DNA of 56,985 bases, counting the filler, from Basidiobolus meristosporus CBS 931.73 (Eukaryota > Fungi > Basidiobolomycota), in the NCBI GenBank assembly GCA_002104905.1. It is 3 parts of 3 records of this genome, joined end to end, with 100 filler letters (N's around TTAATTAATTAA, not from the genome) between each part and the next. Parts side by side here need not be neighbours in the genome. Positions count along the whole stretch, not along the records: positions 41,647 to 56,985 come from MCFE01001152.1; 2 more parts are not named here. One strand, 5' to 3'. The notes under the pieces were generated by a model. It ran no database searches. It worked only from the letters and a program-made list of their open reading frames with translations, and was not told the DNA's origin. A program made the translations under genes and the position numbers. Of the stretch, positions 45,783-56,985 are shown piece by piece (the first letter of the stretch is position 1; each line of letters begins with the position of its first letter).

Positions 45783-48700
45783 TTGGAACTCACGTTCCAT
45801 ATAACAGAAGAGTACTTGTCCCAAATGACCTCAAACTCAGGGAAGTTATTGTACTTGAATGGAGTAATCAATGAGGTACCTGCCAAGATCATGATTGACT
45901 CAGGAGCATTGCATGAGTACATGTCGGAGCAATTTGCCTTGAAAGCTGGAATCAACTTGGAACCTACCAAATCAACTTCAATCTCCACAGCTGATGGGAA
46001 CTCTCACATAATTAACCGTATTAATCAGCCAGTAAGAATGAAGATCAATGACTATGAAGAAGACCTACAGGCTTATGTATTTGGGAACTGCAAGTTTGAC
46101 CTTGTACTTGGAAAAACCTGGCTATTTTGTTGTAATCCATCAATCAACTGGAGAACCCATGCAACTCAGATCCAAAAGGACAACAAGACCTATGAGCTAT
46201 TACCTGCCAGGCTGGATTTCAACTTGGTCAATTCCAGTATGTGTGAGACAAGTGAACTTAGCAAGACCCAGTACTGTAGAGCGCTTAGAAAAGGTACCCA
46301 GATGTTCCTCATGGCTGTATTACAGGAGCATTCTGCTACCCCAGCACCCCAGCAGGTCCAGACTCTCTTGAAGAAATATATGGATGTGTTTCCAGATGAG
46401 CTTGTAAGCCTACCACCAGTCAGAGATGTGGATCATGCCATTGACACAGGAGATAGCCCTCCAGTGAGCAAGACACCTTACAGAATGAGTCCATTGGATT
46501 TGGAGGAAATGAAGAGACAAATTGATCAGCTATTGGAGCAAGGATACATCAGGCCCAGCAAGTCACCCTGGGGAGCACCAGTGCTTTTTGTGAAAAAGAA
46601 GGATGGAACACTTAGGATGTGCATTGACTACAGAGCCCTGAACTCAGTTACCGTCAAGAATAAGTACCCTATACCTCGGATTGATGAGCTTTTGGACCAA
46701 CTTAATGGAGCCACTATTTTCAGCAAGATTGACCTCATGTCAGGATACAACCAGATTAGGGTGAAACCAGAAGATATCCCTAAGACAGCATTCAGGACCA
46801 GATATGGACATTACGGGTACTTAGTCATGAGTTTTGGCCTCACTAATGCTCCTGCAACATTCATGACGCTGATGCAGACTGTCTTCCAGGAGTACTTAGA
46901 CAAGTTTGTCATAATCTACCTAGATGATATACTGATATACAGCAAGACAGAAGAGGATCACTTGGTGCACATTGAAAAGGTCTTGAAGAAGCTAAGAGAG
47001 AACAAGCTTTATGGCAAGCTAGCCAATTGTGAATTCTTCAAGGAGCACGTTGAATACCTGGGACACATAGGGACTAGCACAGGAGTAACCTTAGACCCAA
47101 AGAAGGTGGAAGCAATCAAGAATCTGAAACAGCCCCATAGAATATCAGAGCTCAGATCATTCCTCGGAATGGTTTCCTATTATTGGAGATTTGTCAAGTT
47201 GTTTGCAAGTATTGCGGCCCCTTTAACTGATATCCTCAAGAAAGACAATACCTACAAGTGGGACATAGCTTATGAGACTGCCTTCCAGACGCTCAAGAAT
47301 GAACTTGCTAAGCTGCCAAGCTTAAGAATACCAGACTTCAGAAAAGAGTTCACTCTGTGCACAGATGCTTTAGATTATGCAATTGGTGGAGTGCTGAGTC
47401 AAGAACACAAGGGAAAGGACTACCCTGTTGCCTTTGAATCCAAGAAACTGAACTCAGCAGAACAAAACTATCCAGTCCATGAGAAGGAGATGCTTGCTAT
47501 AATACACTGTTTGAAGACATGGAGATGCTATATTGAAGGAGTCAAATGCACTGTGAAGACTAATCATGCCTCCCTCAAGTATATATTTACTCAGAAGGTA
47601 CTCTCTAGAAGAATGACAAGATGGAGTGAATATATTCAGCAATTTGACCTAGAGATTGTCAACTGCCCTGGAAAAAACAACACGGTTGCTGATGCCTTAT
47701 TAAGATTAGATCAAGTTGCACAACTCACCTTGGTGCATGAATCAGATTGGCCTAGCCTATTACCAAAGTACTTGGAGGACCAAGCCATTCCTATTGAGGT
47801 GGATGAAGATATCAAGAAGATAATCTGTGATGAAGCCAGCAAATTTGTAGTACAGGATGAAACACTCTACCAAATTGTTGATGGAAGCCCTATTGCCTAT
47901 TGCCCTTATGTTTCTTGCCTGGATTTAATACATAATCTACACAATGGATATGGACATCTTGGAATTGAAGGAACCTATAGTCTTGTGAAAGCCAGAGCAT
48001 GGTGGCCCAGAATGAAACAAGACATTGAGAAACTAGTAAAAACATGCCCAAACTGCCAAATCAATCAAGGCCAGCCACAAAGAATTGCCAAACTCTTCCC
48101 TTTGGAGCCTGTAAGACCATTTGAGAGATGGGGAATTGACTTTATTGGAAGACTGCCAACCACCAGGAAATGCAACCGTTGGATCCTAGTAGCAATTGAC
48201 CATGCCACTAAATGGCCAGTTGCTAAAGCTGTACCAATAGCCAGTGAACAAGAAGTTGCAAGTTTCATTTACCATGAGATCCTGATGAAGTTTGGATGCC
48301 CTGTGGAGATCTTATCTAATAGAGGTGCAAACTTTATGGCAAAGACATTAGAGGCTTACCTGGAAATGCAGCAGATCAGACACTTGAAAACCTTGGCATA
48401 TCACCCCAGAACTAATGGAGTCACTGAGCGGTTTAATGGATTATTTGGAAAAATGCTGACCAAGTATGCAAATGGAGTTTTCAGTAGATGGGATGAGTAT
48501 ATAGGCCAAGCACTCTGCATGCAGAGTCAGAGTACACAACACCACCTAGCAATCACCATTTACTTAGTGTATGGATGTGAACCAAGGACTCCAGGAGATC
48601 TCACACAACCCAAGCTTACAGATGCCTTAGAAGATGAACTTAGTCAGCCAAGTAGACACCAGCAACTGGAACAACAACGTCAAGAGGCACAGACCAAAGT

Positions 48701-49010
48701 ATCTCAAAGTGCAGAAAAGATGAAGCAGAGATTTGATAAGACTATAGCACCAGAAGCATTGACAGTTGGGAACTTTGTATTGTTAGGAAACAACACTCGG
48801 AAGAAGTTTGAGCCACAATGGACAGGACCATTCAAGATCATCAGAGAATATCCATTTGCAACTTACCAACTGGTGGACAAACAAGGCAATATCCGGGAAG
48901 ACTTAGTGCATAGGGACAGACTCAAGCTTGCAAGACTTGCTGATAACACTGAACCATCAAGATATTGGTATCACAAGAAAAGAGATTCAGGAGAACCCTC
49001 TCAACTTTAG
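45783..49010 (+). CDS. pol: Gypsy Pol (protease DSGA, RT YLDD, RNase H, integrase HHCC/DDE; no chromodomain); start uncertain, in frame with gag behind a TAG
   Basis: 1075 open codons with PR-RT-RH-IN order; a short out-of-frame patch near 48515-48560. Confidence 0.9.
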   Translation: MELTFHITEEYLSQMTSNSGKLLYLNGVINEVPAKIMIDSGALHEYMSEQFALKAGINLEPTKSTSISTADGNSHIINRINQPVRMKINDYEEDLQAYVFGNCKFDLVLGKTWLFCCNPSINWRTHATQIQKDNKTYELLPARLDFNLVNSSMCETSELSKTQYCRALRKGTQMFLMAVLQEHSATPAPQQVQTLLKKYMDVFPDELVSLPPVRDVDHAIDTGDSPPVSKTPYRMSPLDLEEMKRQIDQLLEQGYIRPSKSPWGAPVLFVKKKDGTLRMCIDYRALNSVTVKNKYPIPRIDELLDQLNGATIFSKIDLMSGYNQIRVKPEDIPKTAFRTRYGHYGYLVMSFGLTNAPATFMTLMQTVFQEYLDKFVIIYLDDILIYSKTEEDHLVHIEKVLKKLRENKLYGKLANCEFFKEHVEYLGHIGTSTGVTLDPKKVEAIKNLKQPHRISELRSFLGMVSYYWRFVKLFASIAAPLTDILKKDNTYKWDIAYETAFQTLKNELAKLPSLRIPDFRKEFTLCTDALDYAIGGVLSQEHKGKDYPVAFESKKLNSAEQNYPVHEKEMLAIIHCLKTWRCYIEGVKCTVKTNHASLKYIFTQKVLSRRMTRWSEYIQQFDLEIVNCPGKNNTVADALLRLDQVAQLTLVHESDWPSLLPKYLEDQAIPIEVDEDIKKIICDEASKFVVQDETLYQIVDGSPIAYCPYVSCLDLIHNLHNGYGHLGIEGTYSLVKARAWWPRMKQDIEKLVKTCPNCQINQGQPQRIAKLFPLEPVRPFERWGIDFIGRLPTTRKCNRWILVAIDHATKWPVAKAVPIASEQEVASFIYHEILMKFGCPVEILSNRGANFMAKTLEAYLEMQQIRHLKTLAYHPRTNGVTERFNGLFGKMLTKYANGVFSRWDEYIGQALCMQSQSTQHHLAITIYLVYGCEPRTPGDLTQPKLTDALEDELSQPSRHQQLEQQRQEAQTKVSQSAEKMKQRFDKTIAPEALTVGNFVLLGNNTRKKFEPQWTGPFKIIREYPFATYQLVDKQGNIREDLVHRDRLKLARLADNTEPSRYWYHKKRDSGEPSQL

Positions 49011-50803
49011 TAGGGGAGAATGTTATGATCTGCCGCTTGAATGTTAAAGTTAGATCAGTTTTAGTCAAATCAATTAGTATATGTTTAGGTTATCAGTATA
49101 TCAGTATTATCTATGAAATCAGTAGCATTAGTCAGCAAATGAATCAGCAGATCCTTATCAGACAGAAATAGATATAATAAGTAGGATCTTATTGGGTGAT
49201 GATGATGCAATCAAATGAGTCATCAGCCACAACCTACATTAGGAAATACAATTAGTCAGCAAATGATCTGGCAAAATGTATATAAGGGGCTGCTGGAACC
49301 TCAATAAAAATCAGTTCAAGTTTTAGTGAATACAATACTAGCTAAACTCCCTATTCCTCTACAACTCTTATACCAAGACTTGTAACAGAAGGAATTTATA
49401 GCATTGTAAAAGCTAGAGTATGGTGGCCCAAAATGCAACAAGATATTGGGAAGCTAGTGAAACATGCCCAAGCTGCCATATCAAACAAGGCCAACTGCAG
49501 AGAATTGCCTAGCCCTTCCCTTGAAGCCAGTGAGATCATTTAAGAGATGGGAATTGACTTTATTGGAAGGCTGCTAACCACGCAGATATGCCATTGTTGG
49601 ATCCTAATAGCAATTGACTAGGCCACTAAATGGCCAGTTGCTAAAGTTGTACCTGTAGCCAATGAGCAAAAAGCAGCAAGTTTCATCCACCATGAGATCT
49701 TTGTGAAGCTTGGACGCCTGGTAAAAACTTTATCTCATATTGGAGCTAACCTTATGGCAAAGCATTGGAAGCTTACCTGGAAATGCTGCAGATCAAACAC
49801 TTGTAAACCTTGGTATATCACCCCAGAACTAATGGAGTCACTAAGTGGTTTCACAGATTATTTGGAAAATGCTGTCATATATGCAAATTGAGCTGTAAGT
49901 AATTGGGATGAATATATAGACCAAGCACTTTTAGCCTTCAGAGTTATTATCCATAACACCACCCAACAATTGTCATTTTACTTAGTGTATGGATGTGAAC
50001 CAAGGATCCCTGGAGATCACACACAGCCAAAGCTTATAGATACCTTAGAAGATGAACTCAGTCAGTCAAGTAGAAACCAGCAGCTGCAGCAAAGATGTCA
50101 AGCGGTACAGACCAACATACTTCAAAGTGCAGGAAAGATGAAGTAGATATTTGATAAGACTGTATCACTAGAAGCATTAACAATTGGGAACTTTATATTG
50201 CTGAGAAACAACACTTGGAAGAGGCCTGAGCCACAACAGACAAGACATTTCAAGATCATTACAGAATGTCTGTTTGCCACTTACCAACTTGTAGACAAAC
50301 AAGGGAATATCCAGGAAGATTTAATTCATAGAGACAGACTAAAGTTTGCAAGACTTGCTGACAATACTCAATCATCACAATATTAGGAACACAAGAAAGA
50401 GAATCAGGAGAACCCTCTAAACTTTAGTAGCGCAGAGTGTTATGGACTACTGCTTGAATGTTTAAGCTAGATCAGTTTATAGCCATATCAATTAGTTAAA
50501 TGTTCAGCCTATCAATATATTGGTGTTATCATATTAATCAGTAGTGTTAGTCAGCAGATGAATCAGCTTATACTTATCTGACAGAGATAAATATATCAAG
50601 TAGCATCTATTTGGTGATGCTGATGCAATCAAATGAGTCATTAGCCACAACCCACATTAGGAAATATGATTAGTCAGCAATTGATCTGGCAATATATTAT
50701 GAGATGCTTCTGGAACCTCAAAAAAAATTAGTTCAAATTTTGGTGAGCTCATACTAGCTACACTCCCTATTCCTCTACAACTCTTATATCCCAACTTGTA
50801 ACA

Positions 50804-51545
50804 AATAATAGCTCAGTTATAATCATTGTTGCTTGATATTATCCTTGTATCCAGATCACTTTAAAATTGAAACAATAACAGCTTCAAGCATGCTTAATTC
50901 AGAAAGTGGGCCCCTGAACATGAGGTAGAAGCCCAAGAATAATATAAATCAATGCTGCTTTAGATGAATAAGTAAAGACATTCTCACTACTTTGCAGCTT
51001 ACTGCACAGGTTTGATCCACTAACACTCTCTTTTGAGAGCAGGGGGGACATTTTGACCTTGCACTATATGAAAGAAATGTATCATCACAAGGAACTCAGA
51101 TGTTATGCTGAGCAGACAAGATCAAGATAATGCATTACTGAGCCCACAAATGCATAGAGAAAAGAAGGGAAAGCAACAGAAGTAACACAATCCTGGCTAC
51201 TATAACTGCTGTAAGAAGCCACGACAGTGGGCAAGAGATTCAAAGAACAATCAAGTGGAAGTAAAATATATGCTGGAACAGGAAAACCATATAACAACAG
51301 TAGAACAGCTATATCTAATGATTATTTCAGCAGTATTGACTATGGAGCACTGCAGCATATTTTTGGTACAAAGGAGAAATTCAGTAACCTATACACTATC
51401 CATGTAAAAGCATTTACCTGGATGACTACTCTGCACTGGATGCTACTGCTGGTGGGACTCTACAGCAAAGTATGGATGATATGTCAGGGGCTAAGACAGC
51501 AAAACAACTGAGGTAGACTATGTGCCTAGAATAGCTAAAGGTCTA
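50804..51545 (+). mobile_element. Highly degenerate Copia B-like relic (LTR 3' end and gag/pre-integrase pieces)
   Basis: TTGATATTATCCTTGTATCCAGATCACTTTAAAATTGAAACA resembles the B LTR end; CYNCCKKPRQW-type and ...TATGTGCCTAGAATAGCTAAAG pieces match B1. Confidence 0.7.
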
Positions 51546-52838
51546 CTACCTTTATTTAACTTAAGCAGTGTTTCCCACTAATCATTCACACACTTAGCAT
51601 ATAAATATATAGCACCATTTATTGAGGGAAGGGGTAGAGAATTACACAGTAGGGTCAGCTTAATACCAAATTAACAAAATACTTGCATATATTTTGGCCA
51701 AGCCACTTGCTAGGCTATACTTCTGAGAACTCAGAGGGATATGGGTATTGCAAATTTTTTAGTTGAGAGGAAGTGCCAAACTTGGTAATATTTTGTATCA
51801 TTCTGCAACTGAAAATTTACTTGGTAATTCTGCATTAGTCTTAAGAGGGGGAGGACTCATCTGCAGATCTAATTTTGCCAACTTCTTTCAGGTCAATGAT
51901 CCAAATACTATTTTTTCATGATCACAATCAAATAAGTACTCTTATTAAATGTCATGCATTGAGTCTGAGGCAATTGTAATATCCTCCTTTATTTTAAGGG
52001 ACATCATTTGTGCTTCCAGGTGGTGAGTAGTTTTCAAGTAGAGTTAATTTCCTATCTCTCAAGTGGTCTTAAAGGTTCCAAGAGGAAGTTACTGGTAGTT
52101 GCTTGTGGCTGCCTATGGTTGATTTGGCAGCTTCTTGATGTCTTATAAGCTTCTTTATACCTTCATTAGTTGTAGGCTATCATGCTCTGGCTCTCACAAA
52201 GCTATAGCCCTGTCTCAATATCAAGATGCCCATGTTTATTGTGCAAGCTATGCATTGATTCCAAACCAGAGACATAGTTTTTTATGTAACACAGTTGCCA
52301 TCAACACTTTGGTGGTGCTTCATCCTGTACTATAAGCTTGCTGGCTTCTTTCCAGATTATATTTTGAATCTGCTAATGCCTCACATATTTATTGGATTGG
52401 TCCTGCAGAAGTGGAGATATATCTCTCCTTGCATATGTTGGTGCTGATGGTACTAGGTTGTTACAAGAGCTCTTAGGTCAAGTCAGTACCTCTTAGTCCA
52501 GGATAGCTGCAAATAACAGTTAGCAAGGAATATCAACTTATATCTGATGTGTCCCAGTCTACTTTTACAACACAACTGAACTGACATATATATCAAACTG
52601 GGAGGGGCCTAGGACATAAATAATGTGTCAGAAATAGCGGCTGAAACACCTTCCTGATAGGGCAAGTATTCTAATCAGACTTGAGCTATCTAAATATTTG
52701 ACTCCTTGGTATTTGCACAGCTTGATATAAGTGCAACAACTCTGAACTAATCATTGCCAATATCTGCCTCATATGCTGCTCTAGCTTTGCCTTTTGCTGT
52801 CATATCTATGATCTTATGATTATACCCCTGCTGTCCTG

Positions 52839-55800
52839 TGCTACAAGTCTCAATATAAGAGTTGGAGAGGAATAGTGGGCTTAGCAAGTATTGCATTCAC
52901 TGAGACTTGAGCCACTTTTTATGGAGATTCCAGCCACTCCTTGTATACTTTATGCTGAATCAATTACTAACTGATTGTATTTCCTAATGTATGTTGAAGC
53001 TGATGCCTCATTTAATTGCATCATCATCACTAAATTAGATCATAACCAGTTTGTCTATTTCTATGTGATGAGTATCTGCTGATTCACCTGCTGACTAATG
53101 ATACTAATTTTATAGACAACACTGATATACTAATAGGCCTAACATTTAACTGATTGATATGGCTAAAAGCTGATCTAGCTTAAACATTCAAGCAGTAATC
53201 CATAACACTCTGCTCTACTAAAGTTGAGAGGGTTCTCCTGAATCTCTTTTCTTGTTGTCCTAATATCTTGATGGTTCAGTATTGTCAGCAAGTCTTGCAA
53301 GCTTGAGTCAGTCTCTATGAACTAAATCTTACTGTATATTTCCTTATTTGTCCACTAGTTGGTAAGTTGCAAATGGACATTCTCTGATGATCTTAAATGG
53401 TCCTGGTCTTTGTGCATTAAGTTTCATCCAAATGTGTTTCTCAGCAATGCAAAGTTCCCAACTGTTAATTCTTCTGGCAATATAGTCTTATCAAACCTCT
53501 GCTTAATTGTTTCTGCACCTTGTGATACTTTTGCATGTGCCTCTTGATGTCTTTGTTCAATTGCTGGTATCTACTTAGCTGACTGAGTTCATCTTCCAAG
53601 GCATCTGTAAGCTTTGGTTGTGTGAGATCTCCTGAAATCCTTGATTCACATCTACACACCAAATACAATGGCAATTGTTGGGTGGTGTTGTGCACTCTAA
53701 TTCAATAGGCAAAAAGTGCTAGGTCCATATGCTAATCCCATCTACTGACAGCTCCATTTGATATACTTGGTAAGCACTTTTCCAAATAATCCATTAACCC
53801 CTCACTAACTCCAATAGTCCTGGGGTGATTTCCCAAAGTTTCCAACCATTTGATCTGCTGCATTTAAATGTAAGCTTCCAATGACTTAGCCATAAAGCTT
53901 ACTCTTCTATTAGGAAAGATATTTGTAGGGCATCCAAACTTCACAAGGATCTCATGGCAGATGAAGCTTGCTGCTTCTTATTCACTGGCTACAGGTACAG
54001 CTTTAGCCATTAGCTGTTTAGTGGCAGAGTCAATTGCTATTAGGAATCAAGGGTTCCATTTCCTGGTGGCTGGCAGTCTTCTAATAAAGTCAATTTCCCA
54101 TCTCTCCAAAGGTCTTAAAGGCTCCAAGGGAAAGTGCTCAGCAATTCTCTTTTGTTGTTCTTGGTTGATTTGATAATTTGGGCATGTTCTCACCAGCTTC
54201 TCAACATCTTGTTTCATTCTGGGCCACCATGCTGTAGCATTTACAAGGCTATAGGCTCATCAATCTAGGTTGTCCATATCTATTGTGTAGCTTATGTATT
54301 AAATATAGGCCAACAACATGTGGGAAATAGCTAATAGGCAATATGCCTTCCATCAACAATTTGAAGTAGTGTTTCATTCTATGCTACAAATTGACGGGCT
54401 TCATTCTGGATCATCTTCTTGATTTCTTTATCAACCTCATCAGGCATAGCTTGGTCCTTGAAGTACTTTAATAATAGGCTAGCGTAATCTGATGCATGCA
54501 CTAAATTGAGTTGTGCAACCTGTTCTTGCCTTGATAAGGTATCCGCAACTCTGTTGCTTTTCCCAGGGCAGTACACAAAATCCAAGTCAAACTGCTGAAT
54601 TTATTGACTCCATCTTGTCATTCTTCTGGATAGCACCTTCTGAGTAAGCATATACTTGAGTGAGCTGTGCTCAGTCTTCACAGTGCACTTAATTCCTTCA
54701 AGATAGCATCTCTAGGTCTTCAAGTAGTGTATTATTGCCAGCATCTCCTTTGCATGCACCAAATAGTTCTGTTCTGCTGAGCTCAGTTTCTTGGATTCAA
54801 GAGCAACTGGGTAGTCCTTTCCTTCATATCTTGGCTCAGTACCCCACCAGTTACATAGTGTGTAGCATCTGTGCCAAGAGTAAATTTGTTTCTGAAGTCT
54901 GGGATTCTTCAGCTTGGCAACTTAACAAGTTCATTCCTGAGCATCTGAAAGGCAATCTGACAGCCTATGTTTTATTTCATGAAGTTGTCTTTCTTGAGGA
55001 TATCAGTTACAGTTGCTTCAATACTTGCAGAGAACTTGACAAATCTCCAAAAATTGGAAACCATTCCAAGAGATGATCTGAGTTCTGATATGCTGAGGGG
55101 CTGCTTCAGATTTTTGATGACCTCAACCTTCTTGGGGTAAAATTCACCCCTATGCTAGTCACTAAATGTCCCAGGTATTTAATGTATTTGATCAAGAATC
55201 CACACTTTGCTAGCTTGCCACATAGCTTGTTCTCTCTGAGTTTCTTTCAAGCCTTTTCAATGTCCACCAAATAGTCCTGTTCTGTCTTGCTGTATATGAA
55301 TATGTCATCTAGGTAGACTGTCACAAACTTGTCCAAGTACCTCTGGAGACAGTTTGCATTAATGTTATGTATGTTGCAGGGGCAATGGTGAGGCCAAAAC
55401 TCATGACTAAGTACTATAGTGTCAATATATGGTCCTCAATGCTGTTGTAGGGATGTTGTCTGGTTTCACCCTAATCTGGTTGTATCCTGACATAAGGTGG
55501 ATCTTGCTGAATATGGTGGCTCTGTTGAGTTAGTCAAAAAACTCACCAATCCAAGGTATGAGGTACTTATTCCTCAAAGTAACTCAGTGGAGGGCTCTGT
55601 AGGCAATGGATATCCTAGGTGTTCCATCCTCCTTTTTACAAAAACCATTGGTACTCCCCAAGGTGACTTGCTGGGTCTGATATATCTTTACTCCAATAGC
55701 TGATCTATTTGTCTCTTCATCTCTTCCAGCACTATTGAGCTTACTCTGTAAGGTGTCTTACTCACTGGAGGGCTATCTTCCATATCAATGGCATGATCCA

Positions 55801-56985
55801 CATCAACAATTGGTAGTAGGCCAACAAGCTAATCAGGCAACATATCTGAATATTCCTTCAAAAGAGTCTGGACCTACTGGGTGCTGGAGTAGAGGAAGCC
55901 ATCTGTGATGCTACCATGAGGAACATTTGGGTACCTTTTCTAAGTGCTCTGCAGATCTGTATCTTGCCAAGCTCACTTGCTTTACACATACTGGGACTGA
56001 ACAGGTTGAAATCCATTCTGGCAGGTAATAGTTCATTAGTCTTGTTGTCCCTCAGGATCTGAATAGCATGGGTCCTCAAGTAGATTGATGTATTACAACC
56101 AAATGGCCAGGTTTTTCCAAGTAAAAGGTCAAATCTGCAGTTCCCAAATATATATGCCTGTAAGTCTTCTTCATAGTTATTAATCTTCAGTCTTACTGGC
56201 AGAATAACACTGTTGATTATGTGAGAGTTTCCATCAGCTGTTGAAACTGAAGAAGATTTGGTGGGATCCAAGTAAATTCCAGCTGTTAAGGCAACTTGCT
56301 CTGACATGTACTAATATCATGCTCCTGAGTCAATCATGATCTTGGCAGGTACACCATTGATTGCTCCATTGAAATATAATAGCTTCCCTGAATTTGAAGT
56401 CATTTGGGACAAGAATACTTCTGTCATTTGGAGAGTGAGTTCTGAGTCTTCTGCAAGGTCACCTCCATATTACTATGCTCAAGGGCTTCAATGTGGCTGA
56501 AGGTTCTTGTAGAATAGTGTCAATTTCTTCTCTGAGGGCAGCACTTTGCAATCTGACCTTGACAGTGACAATTAAAGCCAAGTCCTTTCTTCTTATATTT
56601 TTCTGAGGTGGGTTTCTATAGCATATCATCTATTTCCATTGGCACTGCTTTGGTTTGTCTTCTTTCATTAAGTTTATAGCCTCTCTGATTAGTCAATGTA
56701 GGCTTCCCAACTTCAATAATAGCCAAGTCATAGTCAATATTAATCTTGATGGCTTGTTCAGTAGTCTGAGGTCTTTAATAATTCACTTCCTTGCAAGTTC
56801 TTTCTTTCAACCCATCAGTAAAGTATAGAACTTGATCTGGGGGTCCATTCTTTGAGCTTGTTCAAGTAGACATCAATACTCATAGATGTATTCTTGAACC
56901 ATTCCTTTCTGTCTGAGTATACTGCAGCTTCCTTCTTAGTAGTGTCTGCTAGTGGGAGGTTCAAAGGCATCTTGAATTTTCAACA
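52839..56985 (-). mobile_element. Degenerate Gypsy C copy (3' LTR 52839-53207; pol and gag relic running off the window end)
   Basis: Reverse family C LTR, reverse PPT at 53208-53219, and continuous homology to 45300-49010 with many stops; 52801-52829 resembles a Copia B LTR, the probable host. Confidence 0.92.

Larger units (their letters stand above)
44454..49387 (+). mobile_element. Nearly intact Ty3/Gypsy element, family C (LTRs 44454-44821 and 49021-49387; 4-bp TSD GAAG)
   Basis: LTRs differ by ~14 substitutions and 1 indel by eye; PBS TGGTAGCAGCG at 44823-44833; PPT AGTAGGGGAGAA at 49009-49020; GAAG at 44450-44453 and 49388-49391. Confidence 0.98.
43834..50803 (+). mobile_element. Older Gypsy C 3' half (RNase H/integrase 43834-44453 and 49392-50437; 3' LTR 50438-50803), host of the nearly intact copy
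   Basis: GHLGIE / GIYSIVKARVWWP continues across the nested element; family C LTR ends CTTGTAACA at 50803. Confidence 0.9.

Noticed and set aside
52459-52738. Possible additional solo LTR TGTTACAAG...TGCAACA
   Set aside because: No TSD and no partner in the window; boundaries unsupported.
6534-53207. Recurrent ~368-bp repeats as a possible array or CRISPR-like system
   Set aside because: They are LTRs with PBS, PPT and TSD context; no regularly spaced short repeats, and no tRNA or rRNA genes were seen in the window.

Overview
Eukaryotic, fungal DNA, probably from an early-diverging lineage (inference). It consists of three contigs joined by two artificial 100-bp spacers (44 N + TTAATTAATTAA + 44 N; 24647-24746 and 41547-41646). 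About three quarters of the window is a nested set of decayed LTR retrotransposons: two Ty1/Copia families ('A' with ~347-bp LTRs and 'B' with ~369-bp LTRs, both with a half-tRNAiMet-type PBS), one Ty3/Gypsy family ('C', ~368-bp LTRs, 4-bp TSDs, one nearly intact copy at 44454-49387), a DUF4100-type Gypsy gag-protease fragment, an orphan ~1-kb solo-LTR-like insert and a CACTA/EnSpm transposase relic. The only host-type genes are two same-strand paralogues of an intronless Zn(II)2Cys6 transcription factor (complete at 32566-35244; truncated by the gap at 24747-25582), duplicated with ~1.15 kb of upstream DNA. The main find is not visible in the ORF track: a heavily frameshifted family-B DNA polymerase relic at ~30620-32040 (+), with motifs KICSNNCYG, YGDTDS, FEEYY..KKR and a thumb region. 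It looks like an endogenised large-DNA-virus gene lying just downstream of the transcription factor. TE DNA is almost free of CpG, whereas the TF genes and most of the polB relic keep it. Coordinates, TSDs and identity figures were read by eye.
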